Source: an uncultured delta proteobacterium
Lineage (GTDB): Bacteria > Desulfobacterota > Binatia > Binatales > Binataceae
Direction of reading: 5' to 3'
DNA length: 64,000 nt
Assembly (NCBI GenBank): GCA_963794325.1
Contig: CAWCDG010000004.1
Location: forward strand, 288,001 to 352,000
The position numbers and the translations under genes were made by a program. Below, piece by piece: positions 38,106-50,929 of the stretch (position 1 is the stretch's first letter; every line of letters begins with the position of its first letter). The notes beneath the pieces are model-generated. The model saw only the letters and a program-made list of their open reading frames with translations, searched no databases and was not told the origin of the DNA.

Positions 38106-38978
38106 ATGCCGACGCGCAAAAAATCTCTCGCACGCCCGAATTCAATCGCCGCATCGAACGGAAACCTTCGCGGCGCGCGCGCGGCGATCGACCGGCCAAT
38201 CGGGGTGTTCGATTCCGGCATCGGCGGACTCACCGTGCTGAAAGAGCTGACCGCGGCTCTGCCCACCGAGGATTTCATCTACCTCGGCGACACCGCGCGC
38301 CTTCCCTACGGCACAAAATCCAACGAGGTCATCGTCCGCTACTCGAAGGAGAACACCGGCTTCCTGCTCGCCAAGGGAATCAAGATGCTGGTGGTCGCGT
38401 GCAACACTTCGAGCGCCGTCGCGCTGGACGCGATCGCGTCGGACACGATGGTGCCGGTTATCGGCGTGATCGAGCCGGGCGCGCGCGCCGCGGTCAAAGC
38501 CTCGCGCATCGGCAGGATAGGTGTGATTGGCACCGAGGCGACGATTGCGTCGGGCGCATACACGCGCGCGATCCAACGGCTCAGTCCGCGCGCGGAAATC
38601 TACACGCGCGCATGCCCGCTGCTGGTGCCGCTAGCCGAGGAAGGATGGACCGATAATGCGGTCGCGGAACTGACCGTCGCGCACTATCTCGAGAGCCTTA
38701 AGCAGAGCGGCATCGACACCTTGCTGCTCGGATGCACGCATTACCCACTGTTGCGCGAAATGTTCGCACGAATTCTTGGGCCTCGCGTTAAGATCGTGGA
38801 CTCCGCGACGGCTACCGCCGCCGACGTGCGCGACCGGCTGCGGACGCTCAAGCTGGCGCGACGCCGCGGCGACGGCAGCCAGAGTTTCTTTGTCACCGAA
38901 ACCCCCGACCGTTTCGTCCGCGTCGGCCGGCGCTTCCTCGGCCCGCAGGTCGAGTCCGCCGTCCGCATCGAGCGCTAA
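38106..38978 (+). CDS. murI: Glutamate racemase
   Basis: FDSGIGGLTV, PYG, ACNT and LGCTHY motifs. Confidence 0.97.
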   Translation: MPTRKKSLARPNSIAASNGNLRGARAAIDRPIGVFDSGIGGLTVLKELTAALPTEDFIYLGDTARLPYGTKSNEVIVRYSKENTGFLLAKGIKMLVVACNTSSAVALDAIASDTMVPVIGVIEPGARAAVKASRIGRIGVIGTEATIASGAYTRAIQRLSPRAEIYTRACPLLVPLAEEGWTDNAVAELTVAHYLESLKQSGIDTLLLGCTHYPLLREMFARILGPRVKIVDSATATAADVRDRLRTLKLARRRGDGSQSFFVTETPDRFVRVGRRFLGPQVESAVRIER

Positions 38979-39115
38979 CAGCGCCGGGCCCGTCATTAGA
39001 GCAGTTGGGCCCATATACGGAAGTTCGAATCGGAGGCCTATAAACGGAACTCCAGATCAATAGAAGTCCCTGCGTCAATGCGCATAACCATGGCGATCGG
39101 ATCAGCGCAGCCGTT

Positions 39116-40768
39116 GTGATTATCGCGCTGGTCGTGGGAATCGGTCTAAGAGTCGCAAGACTCGCCAGCGTGCCGCCCGGACTCGCCCCGGACGAAGCCT
39201 GCAATGGCTACGACGCATATAGCATTCTCAAGACTGGCCGCGACCATCACGGAAATTTTCTGCCGCTCGCGATGCAGGGTTTCGGCGACTACCGCATGCC
39301 CCTGTTCACGTACTCGCTGGTGCCGCTCGTCGCGGCCTTCGGACTCAAACCCGCCGTAGTGCGACTGGGGGCCGCGCTCTGGGGTATCGTCGACCTGGCC
39401 GCGATCACGGTTCTGGCCGGGCTGATGATGGGATGGCCGGCTGCCGCCGCCGCGGCGTTGTTCGGTGCGCTCTCACCCTGGCACTTGTCCATCAGCCGCT
39501 ACGCCACGGAGGAGATCGTGGGCAGCTCCACGATCACGCTGGGGATGCTCTGTTTCTTTCTGTGGCTTCGGTGGCGCCGGGGACGGTGGCTCCTCCTGAG
39601 CGGCGTAGTCTTCGGCCTCTCGCTTTATTCCTACGCGATCACCAAGCCGTTCCTTCCGCTCCTGATCGCGTTGCTGACCGTGATGTACTGGCACGAACTC
39701 AGAGCGGCGCGGCTCAAGGCGCTTGCTGCGGCAGCGATCGTGATGTTATTGGCGCTGCCGCAAGCCGTCCTGCTTCTGCACCATACTGCCGAGATGCAAG
39801 CGAGGTTCAAAGTACTTTCGTTGTTTCATACGATCGCGACATGTCCAGCCTGCGATCCTGCAAAGGCCGGCGCGGGCGGCCGCTCGTTCTTTTATCAACT
39901 GATCAGTTTCGCGGCTAATTGGCTAAGTTACTTCACCCCTTCCTTTCTTTTCCTGGTTGGCGACCGCGGCAGTCACTGGGCGATGCTGCATCCGCCGGGC
40001 TTCGGCCAGTTGCTGCCGGAACAGTCGCTGCTGATCCTGCTCGCGCTCGGCGGACTCGTAAGCGTGCGTCGAAGAAAGATAGCGCTGCTGCTGGCCGGCT
40101 GGTTGATCGCCGCGGCCTTCCCGGCGGCGCTCACGATCCCGGAGGGGGCTTTCGCTCCGGAGGTCGGGATGCCGACGCCGCATGTGATGGCCGATTATCC
40201 GGCCTGGCGCACGCCGTTGACGCCCTCTTTGCTGCTCTCGCATCCCGATTCGCGGCACGCAGTGTTGGCGATAGCGCCGTGGATTCTTTTCTCAGCCCTT
40301 GGATTTATCGTGTTGCTCGATTGGACGTCTCGCATGGCGGCGCTGAGGATGGCTGCGATCGGGCTGATTCTTGCGGGCGTGATATTCCATGGAGCGCAAT
40401 TTGTCCGATACTATTTCCGCGATTTTCCGGCGCTGGCCGCGCCTTATTTCCAGTACGGGATCGGCCAGACTTTGAGCCTGGTCGACCAGCTCGACGACGG
40501 CCATCAGCCGATCGTGATCACGCCCAGGATAAATCAGCCTTACATCTACGTGCTGTTTTTCGAACAATATCCCCCGGCCTCGTTCCACGGCTTGTCCCCC
40601 TCCTTTTTTGCCTTCGACCGCTATAGTTTTGTCGACCCGCGGTGGGCTTATGCCAGGATATTTCACGGGATCTTTGTGTACTCCGGATCCGATCAACTCC
40701 CCAAATCTCCACTCTTCTCGATTCGATACCCAAACGGGAGCGTGGCGTACAATATTGTCGTAAAGTAG
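39116..40768 (+). CDS. ArnT/GT39-like (GT-C) membrane glycosyltransferase
   Basis: PPGL.PDEA.NGYDAYSI..TGRD.HG and SPWH..SR; many TM segments. Confidence 0.8.
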   Translation: MIIALVVGIGLRVARLASVPPGLAPDEACNGYDAYSILKTGRDHHGNFLPLAMQGFGDYRMPLFTYSLVPLVAAFGLKPAVVRLGAALWGIVDLAAITVLAGLMMGWPAAAAAALFGALSPWHLSISRYATEEIVGSSTITLGMLCFFLWLRWRRGRWLLLSGVVFGLSLYSYAITKPFLPLLIALLTVMYWHELRAARLKALAAAAIVMLLALPQAVLLLHHTAEMQARFKVLSLFHTIATCPACDPAKAGAGGRSFFYQLISFAANWLSYFTPSFLFLVGDRGSHWAMLHPPGFGQLLPEQSLLILLALGGLVSVRRRKIALLLAGWLIAAAFPAALTIPEGAFAPEVGMPTPHVMADYPAWRTPLTPSLLLSHPDSRHAVLAIAPWILFSALGFIVLLDWTSRMAALRMAAIGLILAGVIFHGAQFVRYYFRDFPALAAPYFQYGIGQTLSLVDQLDDGHQPIVITPRINQPYIYVLFFEQYPPASFHGLSPSFFAFDRYSFVDPRWAYARIFHGIFVYSGSDQLPKSPLFSIRYPNGSVAYNIVVK

Positions 40769-40910
40769 AATCCGCCGTCCCGCATCGAGCGCTGGCAAAG
40801 CCTCTCTCCAATCGCACGATTTCACGATAAGATGATTTCCAGCTAAAATTGCGGATCGCACCGCGCCCCGAATCTAACTTCAAACTTCATGGTTAAATTG
40901 CTCATATAAG

Positions 40911-43589
<2,679 letters not shown>

Positions 43590-43609
43590 CGCGGCGATCC
43601 GCTTTTCAG

Positions 43610-44807
43610 ATGAACATCGCACTCGAGCCTGCCGCAGTGCGCGGATTTCGATTCGCTGGCGTCAGCGCGGGCCTGAAAACCAAGGCGGGCGCTCTCGATC
43701 TCGGGATCATCGCCGCTGATCGTCCGTGCGCCGCAGCCGCGGTATTCAGCGCGAATCGCGTGAAAGCCGCGCCTGTCTATGTGACGGCGGAACGCGTCAA
43801 GTCGGGACGCTTGCAGGCGGTGGTCGCGAACTCGGGATGCGCCAACAGCTTTACCGGCAAAGAAGGGATGCGGCTCGCGCGTGACTCGTGCGCGCACGTC
43901 GCGCAACTCCTCGGATGCGCACCGGAACTCGTCGTGCCATCGTCGACCGGCGTGATCGGCCATCTCTACGACTTCGAGAAATTCAGGGACGGAGCCGCCG
44001 AAGCTGTTCGATCGCTGCGCGACGACGGGCTCGCCGACTTTGCCTACGCGATCATGACGACCGACACGCGTCCCAAGACTGCGTCGACAACCTTCAAGGC
44101 GGGCGGCGCGACCATCACGCTCGCCGGCGCGGTGAAGGGTGTCGGCATGATCTCGCCGAAGATGGCGACGATGCTCGGCTACCTGGTTACGGATGCGAGG
44201 ATCGCGCCGACTCTCCTGAAAAAATCGCTCAAGTCCGCGCTGCCGGCGAGTTTTAACGCGATTACCGTTGACGGCGATATGTCGACCAACGATACGGTCA
44301 TCATCATGGGGAGCGGCGCGGCAGAGAATCGCGCATTCGGTGCGCGCGACCAACTCGTGTTCGATCGCGCGGTCGAGGAAGTCTCGGCGGCGCTCGCGCG
44401 CGAGCTGGTGCGTGACGGAGAGGGCGCGACCAAGCTCGTTACGGTCGAAGTGCGCGGCGCTCGCAGTCCCGCTGATGCCGAGCGCGCCGCCCGTCAAATC
44501 GCAAACTCGCCACTGGTGAAGACTGCGTTCTTCGGATGCGATCCGAATGTCGGCCGAATCCTGATGGCTGCCGGATCGTCGGGCGCGTACGTCGAGTCCG
44601 ACAAGCTGGTGTTGTGGATCGGCGGGGTGAAGGTCGCCGCGCACGGCCGTCTGCTGACGGATGCGCTGGCGGATGCAGGTGCCGCGATGAAATCACGCGA
44701 ATTCGAACGTGCGGCTCGACTTGCGATTGGGGAAATCCACCGCCACGATTCTGACTTGCGACCTGAGCTACGATTATGTGCGAATCAACGCGGAGTACAC
44801 GACCTGA
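43610..44807 (+). CDS. argJ: Ornithine acetyltransferase ArgJ; single-base frameshift near 44708
   Basis: [30 protein letters not shown] and DGEGATK; conserved tail [17 protein letters not shown] is in another frame ending at 44807. Confidence 0.93.
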
Positions 44808-44822
44808 GGGAGGCAAAGCTGG

Positions 44823-45128
44823 ATGGCAAGCTTCATAAAAGTTGCGAAGGTGGCGGACGTGCCCGATGGCAGCGGCAAACTCGTCGAGGCCGGCGGCAAG
44901 CAGATCGCGTTGTTCAACGCGGGCGGGAAGTTCTTCGCGATCGACAATACGTGCAAGCATCGCGGCGGCCCGCTGGCCGAGGGCGAGCTCGACGGCACCA
45001 CGATTGTGTGCCCGTGGCACGGATGGGAGTACGACATCACGACCGGCGCGAACCTTGACGACGCAAGCGTCAAGCTCGGCTGTTATGCGGTGAAGGCCGA
45101 CGGCGACGATATTTTGATCGAGGCTTGA
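44823..45128 (+). CDS. Rieske 2Fe-2S ferredoxin (NirD/dioxygenase ferredoxin-like)
   Basis: CKH...CPWH ligand motifs; GGAGG RBS. Confidence 0.92.
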   Translation: MASFIKVAKVADVPDGSGKLVEAGGKQIALFNAGGKFFAIDNTCKHRGGPLAEGELDGTTIVCPWHGWEYDITTGANLDDASVKLGCYAVKADGDDILIEA

Positions 45129-45145
45129 CGCGCCTTGCCTGAGAT

Positions 45146-45868
45146 TCAGCGTGCGGCAAACATGCGGCCCGCAAAATAAGTAGCGCCCGCGGCTGCAATC
45201 CCGACTAACATGCTCTCGAGACCGCTGCGCCACCACGAACGGCTGGTGATGATCGTCTTCAGCGCGCCGACGGCGAACAGCACCGCGACCGTCGAGATTG
45301 CGGAAACTTTGAGCGCTTCTCCCGGTTCGAAGAAGATGTACGCCCAGACGGGCACTGCCGCGCCTGACAAGTACGACAGCCCGACGGCGGCGGCGGAACG
45401 GATTGGGCTCTCGAACGATTCCTCGTTGAAGCCGAGCTCCTCGCGCATCATCACGTTGCTCCATCGGTCCGGGTCCGACGTGATGTGTGTGACGATCTGA
45501 TCGAGCAACTGTCCGGTGAATCCCTTGTTTCGATAGATGCTACTGATCTCTTCGCGTTCGCGATCCGGCCATCGGCGGATCTCCTCACGCTCGCGCTCTA
45601 TCTCGCTTTGATAAAACTCGATTTGCGAGCGCGCCGAGATGAACGCCGCCAGGCCCATCGCGACCGCACCGCCAACCATCTCGGAGAGTCCCGCCATCAT
45701 CGCGGCGTTGCCGGTGGCGAATGCGGCGGCGACGCCCGAGGTCACTGCGAAAGAGGCGACGAGGCCGTCGTTCAGCCCGAGCATCACATCGCGCACCCAG
45801 CTTCCGCCGGCGGCATGGACCTGCTCGGTGTGATGGTCGTACTCGCGTCTGGTAATCGAGAACGCCAC
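45146..45868 (-). CDS. VIT1/CCC1 family iron/manganese transporter
   Basis: RDVMLGLNDGL, GAVAMG, EREREEI and MMREELG motifs. Confidence 0.92.
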   Translation of the reverse strand: MAFSITRREYDHHTEQVHAAGGSWVRDVMLGLNDGLVASFAVTSGVAAAFATGNAAMMAGLSEMVGGAVAMGLAAFISARSQIEFYQSEIEREREEIRRWPDREREEISSIYRNKGFTGQLLDQIVTHITSDPDRWSNVMMREELGFNEESFESPIRSAAAVGLSYLSGAAVPVWAYIFFEPGEALKVSAISTVAVLFAVGALKTIITSRSWWRSGLESMLVGIAAAGATYFAGRMFAAR

Positions 45869-46692
45869 TACTCGGTTCCTCTGGCGAGCGGAGTTACGAC
45901 GCGTTCTGCGGCAGGCGTCGCAACGCGTTTGCGCCGATCGATCGATTCGCGGGCTGCTTTTACTTCGGCGACAATCTTGCGAGCGGCTGCGCGGTCCGGT
46001 TTGTGCCCCAAGTACGAATAGAGAAAATCCAGGCGCGCCGCACGACAGAGAAATCGCCCGATGCTGCGATCGAGATGCACTAGGTTCATGATTCTGCGCT
46101 TCGACGAGACGTTCGCGGCGCGGCGGAAATCCTCGAGGTCGATAAAATACACGTTAAACCCGTCCGACTCGTTGTCTTCGACCATGATGTTGGTCTCTTG
46201 CAGATCGCGTGTGTAGAGCCCGGACTCATGCAGGCGGCGGATTTGAGCGGCCACCGTGTCCGAGATTTGTTTGCGGCGATGCACGTTGCGTCCCTTGATT
46301 TCTCCGGGGCCGAGCATGAAGCGGCTCAGCGAGTCAGCGTTGATGAGCGCGCGGCTGACGAGATACGACGCTCGAATCGCGCCCGCCTGGTAGGAGTCCA
46401 TCGCGGCGAGCGGTTCCGGATGCGCCAGGCCGTGCGCTTTCAGCATCGCGGCGCCCGCGAGCGATCGCTTGGCGCGAGATCCTCGAAGTCGTGCGACGAT
46501 GCCACGACTCCAGGACGAGATCTCGACGCGCTTGATGAACGCGGGGCCCGCGCCGGGGACGTCGATGAAGCCTGCGCGCGTCCGCGCTTCAGACTTGAGC
46601 ACTCGGAAATTCGGCGACGCCATCAGCTCGTCGGCGCGCGCGATCAGATCGCGCCACTCGGGCGAGCGCGCATAGAGGACTACCGTGCGCAT
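45868..46692 (-). CDS. Lipopolysaccharide kinase (InaA/Kdo/WaaP family)
   Basis: FIKR, P.PLA, LH..GLY.RDL..NIMV and FIDLE motifs. Confidence 0.8.
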   Translation of the reverse strand: MRTVVLYARSPEWRDLIARADELMASPNFRVLKSEARTRAGFIDVPGAGPAFIKRVEISSWSRGIVARLRGSRAKRSLAGAAMLKAHGLAHPEPLAAMDSYQAGAIRASYLVSRALINADSLSRFMLGPGEIKGRNVHRRKQISDTVAAQIRRLHESGLYTRDLQETNIMVEDNESDGFNVYFIDLEDFRRAANVSSKRRIMNLVHLDRSIGRFLCRAARLDFLYSYLGHKPDRAAARKIVAEVKAARESIDRRKRVATPAAERVVTPLARGTE

Positions 46693-46761
46693 GCACGATT
46701 GAGCCTAGCCCTTTCACACGCCGTTGACATCGGGGCGCCGGCACGAGGGCGCAGTCAATCT

Positions 46762-47232
46762 CTATCGCGTCAAAGATGCCGGCTTCAGCCCTTCCTTGGG
46801 TTCGACGATCAACGACCCACCAATATGCGCGGGGTGCAACTGACATGAGAAGGGAAAAACTCCAGCCTTGTCGGCGACGAACGTGACCGTCTTGGGCTCG
46901 CCGCGCGTCACCACTTCGGTGATGTTGTAGGCGGGGATCGTAAAGCCGTGCTGATTGACCGCGCCGGGCACAAGGTTCTTGAGCGTGAGTTTCACTTTGT
47001 CGCCCTGCTCGACAGCGATCACGCTGGGCAGCCAGATCTTCGCGTCATCAACTTCGACCGAGACCATGGTGAAGCTCCGTGTGCCGGGTTCGTCCATCGC
47101 GGGCGCCGGCGATACCAATCCGGGCGCTGAGGGGGCTGCAGCCTGCGCCATCGCGACTCGAGTCGTGATCGGAAGCATTAGCGCCGCCACGGCCGCTACC
47201 AGAGCCATCGTTTTCAACATTGTCTTGTGCAT
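46762..47232 (-). CDS. Secreted cupredoxin-domain protein, nitrosocyanin-like
   Basis: Signal peptide; GDKV.L.L.N, HGF.I and F.ADKAG.F...CQLHPAH; AAGGAG RBS. Confidence 0.85.
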   Translation of the reverse strand: MHKTMLKTMALVAAVAALMLPITTRVAMAQAAAPSAPGLVSPAPAMDEPGTRSFTMVSVEVDDAKIWLPSVIAVEQGDKVKLTLKNLVPGAVNQHGFTIPAYNITEVVTRGEPKTVTFVADKAGVFPFSCQLHPAHIGGSLIVEPKEGLKPASLTR

Positions 47233-47288
47233 CGAAGTTTTCTCCTTGTTAACAGGTTCGTGAAAATCTATCACGACAATGGCGAAAC

Positions 47289-48308
47289 TCAGCCATTAAA
47301 CCGCTTCGCTAATTTTGCCCATTCGGCGTCGTCGGTGCCTGCGCGATACGGAATGTAAAACGCCACGCGGTCGAGCAGTCCGTCGTAGCGTTCTCTCACC
47401 TTGTCCGCGATGTCGTCGAAGGTGCCCGAGACGGTGTACACGTCGAGCATCTCGTCGGTGATTTCTTTGGCCATCGCGACCCATTCGCCCTTCGCAGCTT
47501 TCTCGTTGAGGCGTTGCGCAACGTCGCCCCATCCGTGCATATCGAGCACTATCTTGTATGTACGGGTCGAGGCGTAGAACGAGATCTGTTGGCGGACCGC
47601 TTCGCGCGTTTTCTTTATTTCGTCCTGGTTGCGTCCGACGATCACGAATGCGGTCGATTGGATTTCGAAGTCTTTGCGCGAGCGTCCCGCTTTCTGCAGA
47701 CCCTTCTCGACATTCGGCAGCACGTACTCGCGCAGGTACTTTGGCGAGTTGAAGGGATGTGCGTGCAAGCCTTCGCACAGCTCGCCGGCGAGCCGGATGA
47801 TATGTTCGTTCACGCCCGCGATGTGAATCGGCACGTTCGGGAAGTTGTGCCGGGCGGGAGTGAAGAACGGCGTCATCAGCGAGAAATTGTAGTACTTGCC
47901 CTGAAAGGAAAGTTTCGAGCCGCCCTCCGACCAGCATTTGAAAATCGCACGCAGCGATTGCAGGTACTCGCGCAGGCGCGGCACCGGCGCTTCCCATTTC
48001 GTGCTGTAGCGCCGTTCGATATGACCCTTCACCTGAGTGCCGAGGCCGAGGATGAAGCGGCCCTCGGAAAGTCCGGCGAGATCCCATGCGGTTGCGGCTG
48101 TGATCATTGGACTTCGCGGAAACGCAATCGCAACTGAGGTCCCCATTTTGATTCGCTTGGTGTGCTCGGCAATCAGTGCGGCGGGAAGGAAGCCGTCGTT
48201 GCCGGCTTCGGGAATCCAGATCGCATCGAATCCGGCGGCTTCGGCGGCACGCGCCGCAGCTGGGACATCGCGCAAATTGCGGGTCGAGAGACCGGTATCG
48301 AGCTTCAT
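47289..48308 (-). CDS. LLM class, probably F420-dependent, oxidoreductase (TIGR03617-like)
   Basis: AIAFPRSPM, GRFILGLGTQV..HIERR, FSLMTPFF and FYASTRTY motifs. Confidence 0.88.
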   Translation of the reverse strand: MKLDTGLSTRNLRDVPAAARAAEAAGFDAIWIPEAGNDGFLPAALIAEHTKRIKMGTSVAIAFPRSPMITAATAWDLAGLSEGRFILGLGTQVKGHIERRYSTKWEAPVPRLREYLQSLRAIFKCWSEGGSKLSFQGKYYNFSLMTPFFTPARHNFPNVPIHIAGVNEHIIRLAGELCEGLHAHPFNSPKYLREYVLPNVEKGLQKAGRSRKDFEIQSTAFVIVGRNQDEIKKTREAVRQQISFYASTRTYKIVLDMHGWGDVAQRLNEKAAKGEWVAMAKEITDEMLDVYTVSGTFDDIADKVRERYDGLLDRVAFYIPYRAGTDDAEWAKLAKRFNG

Positions 48309-48393
48309 AGTTTTCGCTCCTGCGGGGATGGCCAAGATTCCTTCGGCGAGCGGGCGGGATCGTAACAAAGCTCGGGGCAAACTGGAAAGGGCG

Positions 48394-49206
48394 CTAGCGA
48401 AGCTTCAGGCGGCGGCGGACCACCTCGAGCGCGCGATTGGGGAAGTCGCTGATCAGACCGTCCACGCCCATGTCGAGCAGTTCAGACATCTCGGGCTCTT
48501 CATTCACGGTCCAGACGTGCACTTCGACGCCCATCCGATGCGCGAACGCGACGCTCTCCGGCGTGACGAGCTCCCACGATTCATGGCGATGCGGAATTTG
48601 GACTGCGTCGGCCGGTGGCTGGTAGTTGGCGTCGCGGGTTCCCATCGCTTGAATGAACATCCCCGATTCGAGGTACGAAAAGTTGGTCGGAATTTCGGGC
48701 GCCAGCTTTCGCACTTCGTCGAGAGGTTCCTGATGCTCGCTCGCGACCAGCACCATGCGGCGCATCGCTGCGCGATCGATAACGTCGAGCATCGGCGCGA
48801 CCACGCTCGGCGCAATTTGCTTAGCCTCGACGATCATCCGCAGTTTTGAGAACTCAGTGAGCACGTCCGCCAGCCGCGGCACTCTGATCCCCTTCCCTCT
48901 GAACGGAAAGGTCGCGCCGTCGAGCGTGAACATCCGTCCTGCGTCGGCGGTCGCCAGCTCGACGTAGGTCATGTCCGGGATCAAGCGATCGAGCCCGCAC
49001 ATCCGCTTGAGATGTTCATCGTGGGCCACGACGATTTCGCCGTCGCGCGTCATGTGGATGTCGAATTCGAGATACTGAGCGCCGCTTGCGACGGCGGCGC
49101 GAAATGATTCGAGTGTGTTTTCTGGATGGGTCCCGGCGGAGCCGCGATGCCCAAAGACGCGCGGCAGCGCGGGCCTGAAGAAATCGGTTTCAAGATTCTC
49201 GCGCAT
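48394..49206 (-). CDS. Glycerophosphodiester phosphodiesterase
   Basis: GHRG, PENT, EFDIH.T.DG, HD, VWTVN and GVDGLISD motifs. Confidence 0.95.
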   Translation of the reverse strand: MRENLETDFFRPALPRVFGHRGSAGTHPENTLESFRAAVASGAQYLEFDIHMTRDGEIVVAHDEHLKRMCGLDRLIPDMTYVELATADAGRMFTLDGATFPFRGKGIRVPRLADVLTEFSKLRMIVEAKQIAPSVVAPMLDVIDRAAMRRMVLVASEHQEPLDEVRKLAPEIPTNFSYLESGMFIQAMGTRDANYQPPADAVQIPHRHESWELVTPESVAFAHRMGVEVHVWTVNEEPEMSELLDMGVDGLISDFPNRALEVVRRRLKLR

Positions 49207-49297
49207 TTCAGCTGCGACTGGTCGCAATCTCAGCCTTAACGCGGAAGTTGCTTACTAGCAATGGAGAAAAACTGAAGTGCGATAGACAGACGACAGA

Positions 49298-50761
49298 CTA
49301 GAGAGCGCCGGAGGGCTCCGAGGTATCGATGCTGCTGCTGGTGATTCCGCGGAGGTGCCGGGCCTTTCCCAAAGTGTGATCGATCGTCACGTGATACATA
49401 TCGCCGAACTTTGAGATAGCTGGTTTGCGCTCTGCGGTCGCGATGAAGTGGCTGCCGAGGTCGGGCAGCTCTGCGAGAGCGGACTCATACTGATCCTTGA
49501 TTTCGTCGAATATCGCCTTCATCCGGGGCGATACCTGATGATTCTCGCCGAGCTTCTCGGTCAGCGGATTGACCCATGTGCCATCTTTTTCCATCGCGAA
49601 GTGGAGATGCGGCCCGGTCGAAAGGCCGGTCGTACCGACATTTCCGATGAGCTGCCCCATATGGACGAGAGCACCAGGCTTAACTTCGGGACTAATCTTC
49701 GAGAGATGACCGTAGATGCTGACCAGATTGTGCTGATGCTGGATGCGGATGGCATTGCCGAGCTCGCCCTGCCATCCCGCGCTGATCACGGTGCCGTCAG
49801 CGACGGATTTAACCGGCTCGCCATACTTAGCGACCAGGTCAACGCCGACGTGCGGACGGTACTCATGGAGGATTGGATGATAGCGATGGAAAGTGAAGCC
49901 GGACGATATGTATTTGAAATTGAGCGGGAACTTCAGCGACTGCGGACCGAGCGCGTGGCCTTGTTCGTCATATAGATGCGGCCGGCCGTGCTCGTCCGAG
50001 AACGAAAACGCGGTCAGCGTGCGGCTGCCGAAGCGGATTTGCGCTGCCTGGACGTTGCCCGCGATTGTGTACGAGCCGTCGCGGCTGATTTTTTGATTGT
50101 AAATCAGCTTGACCGCGGAGCCCGGCGCGAGCCGATTCAGATCGTGGCGATCACAGAACGCGTCCTGTAGCGAGTCGACGATTGGCTTGGGGATCCCATG
50201 CTCCGCGGCGGCGCGCTGGAAGCTGTCTTTAACCGCAAAGGTCATCTTGATGGGGCGGATGTAATACTCGATCGGCCGAATCGCGGCCTTGAGCACGCCG
50301 GCGCCGAGGCTCGCCCCGATGACGGTGGTATTTTCGTCGAGATCGTACTTGATGCCGCGCATCTCGCCGGTCTCGGGGTCCTTATAGAGCGTCAGCGGAT
50401 GGCCGCTGTGAAAATAGCGATTCGCGATGATCCGCTGGATATACGACGCCCACTGATGCGCATCTTCCGACGCCATCCCTGCGTCGCGAAGGTAGCTTTC
50501 GATAGGCGCGGTGCGGTCGAGCATCGTGCTGATGGTGATCGAAGGCGGAGCGGGTTCGGCTGACTCTGCCTGCTCAACTACGTCGGGGCCGTCCGTGCCG
50601 GCGTCCAGTTGGGAGCTGAGCGAGTCGAGCGGAGAGGAAAAAGTCTGTGGATTTGCTTGGAAAAAAAGGAACAGCGCGGTGGTCGTCGCGATTAAGGCTA
50701 CGACCAAACCGATCAGCGCGCGTGGATATCCCGCGATGCTTCTCCCCCGAGCTGCCATCAT
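49298..50761 (-). CDS. M23 family peptidoglycan DD-metalloendopeptidase (MepM-like)
   Basis: N-terminal TM; R.HPI...RPHVGVD, YGHL and GLSTGPHLHF motifs. Confidence 0.92.
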   Translation of the reverse strand: MMAARGRSIAGYPRALIGLVVALIATTTALFLFFQANPQTFSSPLDSLSSQLDAGTDGPDVVEQAESAEPAPPSITISTMLDRTAPIESYLRDAGMASEDAHQWASYIQRIIANRYFHSGHPLTLYKDPETGEMRGIKYDLDENTTVIGASLGAGVLKAAIRPIEYYIRPIKMTFAVKDSFQRAAAEHGIPKPIVDSLQDAFCDRHDLNRLAPGSAVKLIYNQKISRDGSYTIAGNVQAAQIRFGSRTLTAFSFSDEHGRPHLYDEQGHALGPQSLKFPLNFKYISSGFTFHRYHPILHEYRPHVGVDLVAKYGEPVKSVADGTVISAGWQGELGNAIRIQHQHNLVSIYGHLSKISPEVKPGALVHMGQLIGNVGTTGLSTGPHLHFAMEKDGTWVNPLTEKLGENHQVSPRMKAIFDEIKDQYESALAELPDLGSHFIATAERKPAISKFGDMYHVTIDHTLGKARHLRGITSSSIDTSEPSGAL

Positions 50762-50929
50762 GATCGAAACTAGGTGATTCGGCTATCCAGCGCAACCCTA
50801 GCATGTCAGCGGCTTGCTGTTCTGGTTACCGCAGCGACACGAATTCACGCGTTTCCGGTTACCAAGGATACAAATCAGCGGACCCGCGAAGCGGCGTCGC
50901 TTTATGTCGCCTGATAAAGACATAGTGCA

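Noticed and set aside
50858-50925. AAATCAGCGGACCCGCGAAGCGG segment reminiscent of an integron attC half-site after the nuclease gene
   Set aside because: No matching RYYYAAC/GTTRRRY ends with proper complementarity, and no integrase or cassette array.
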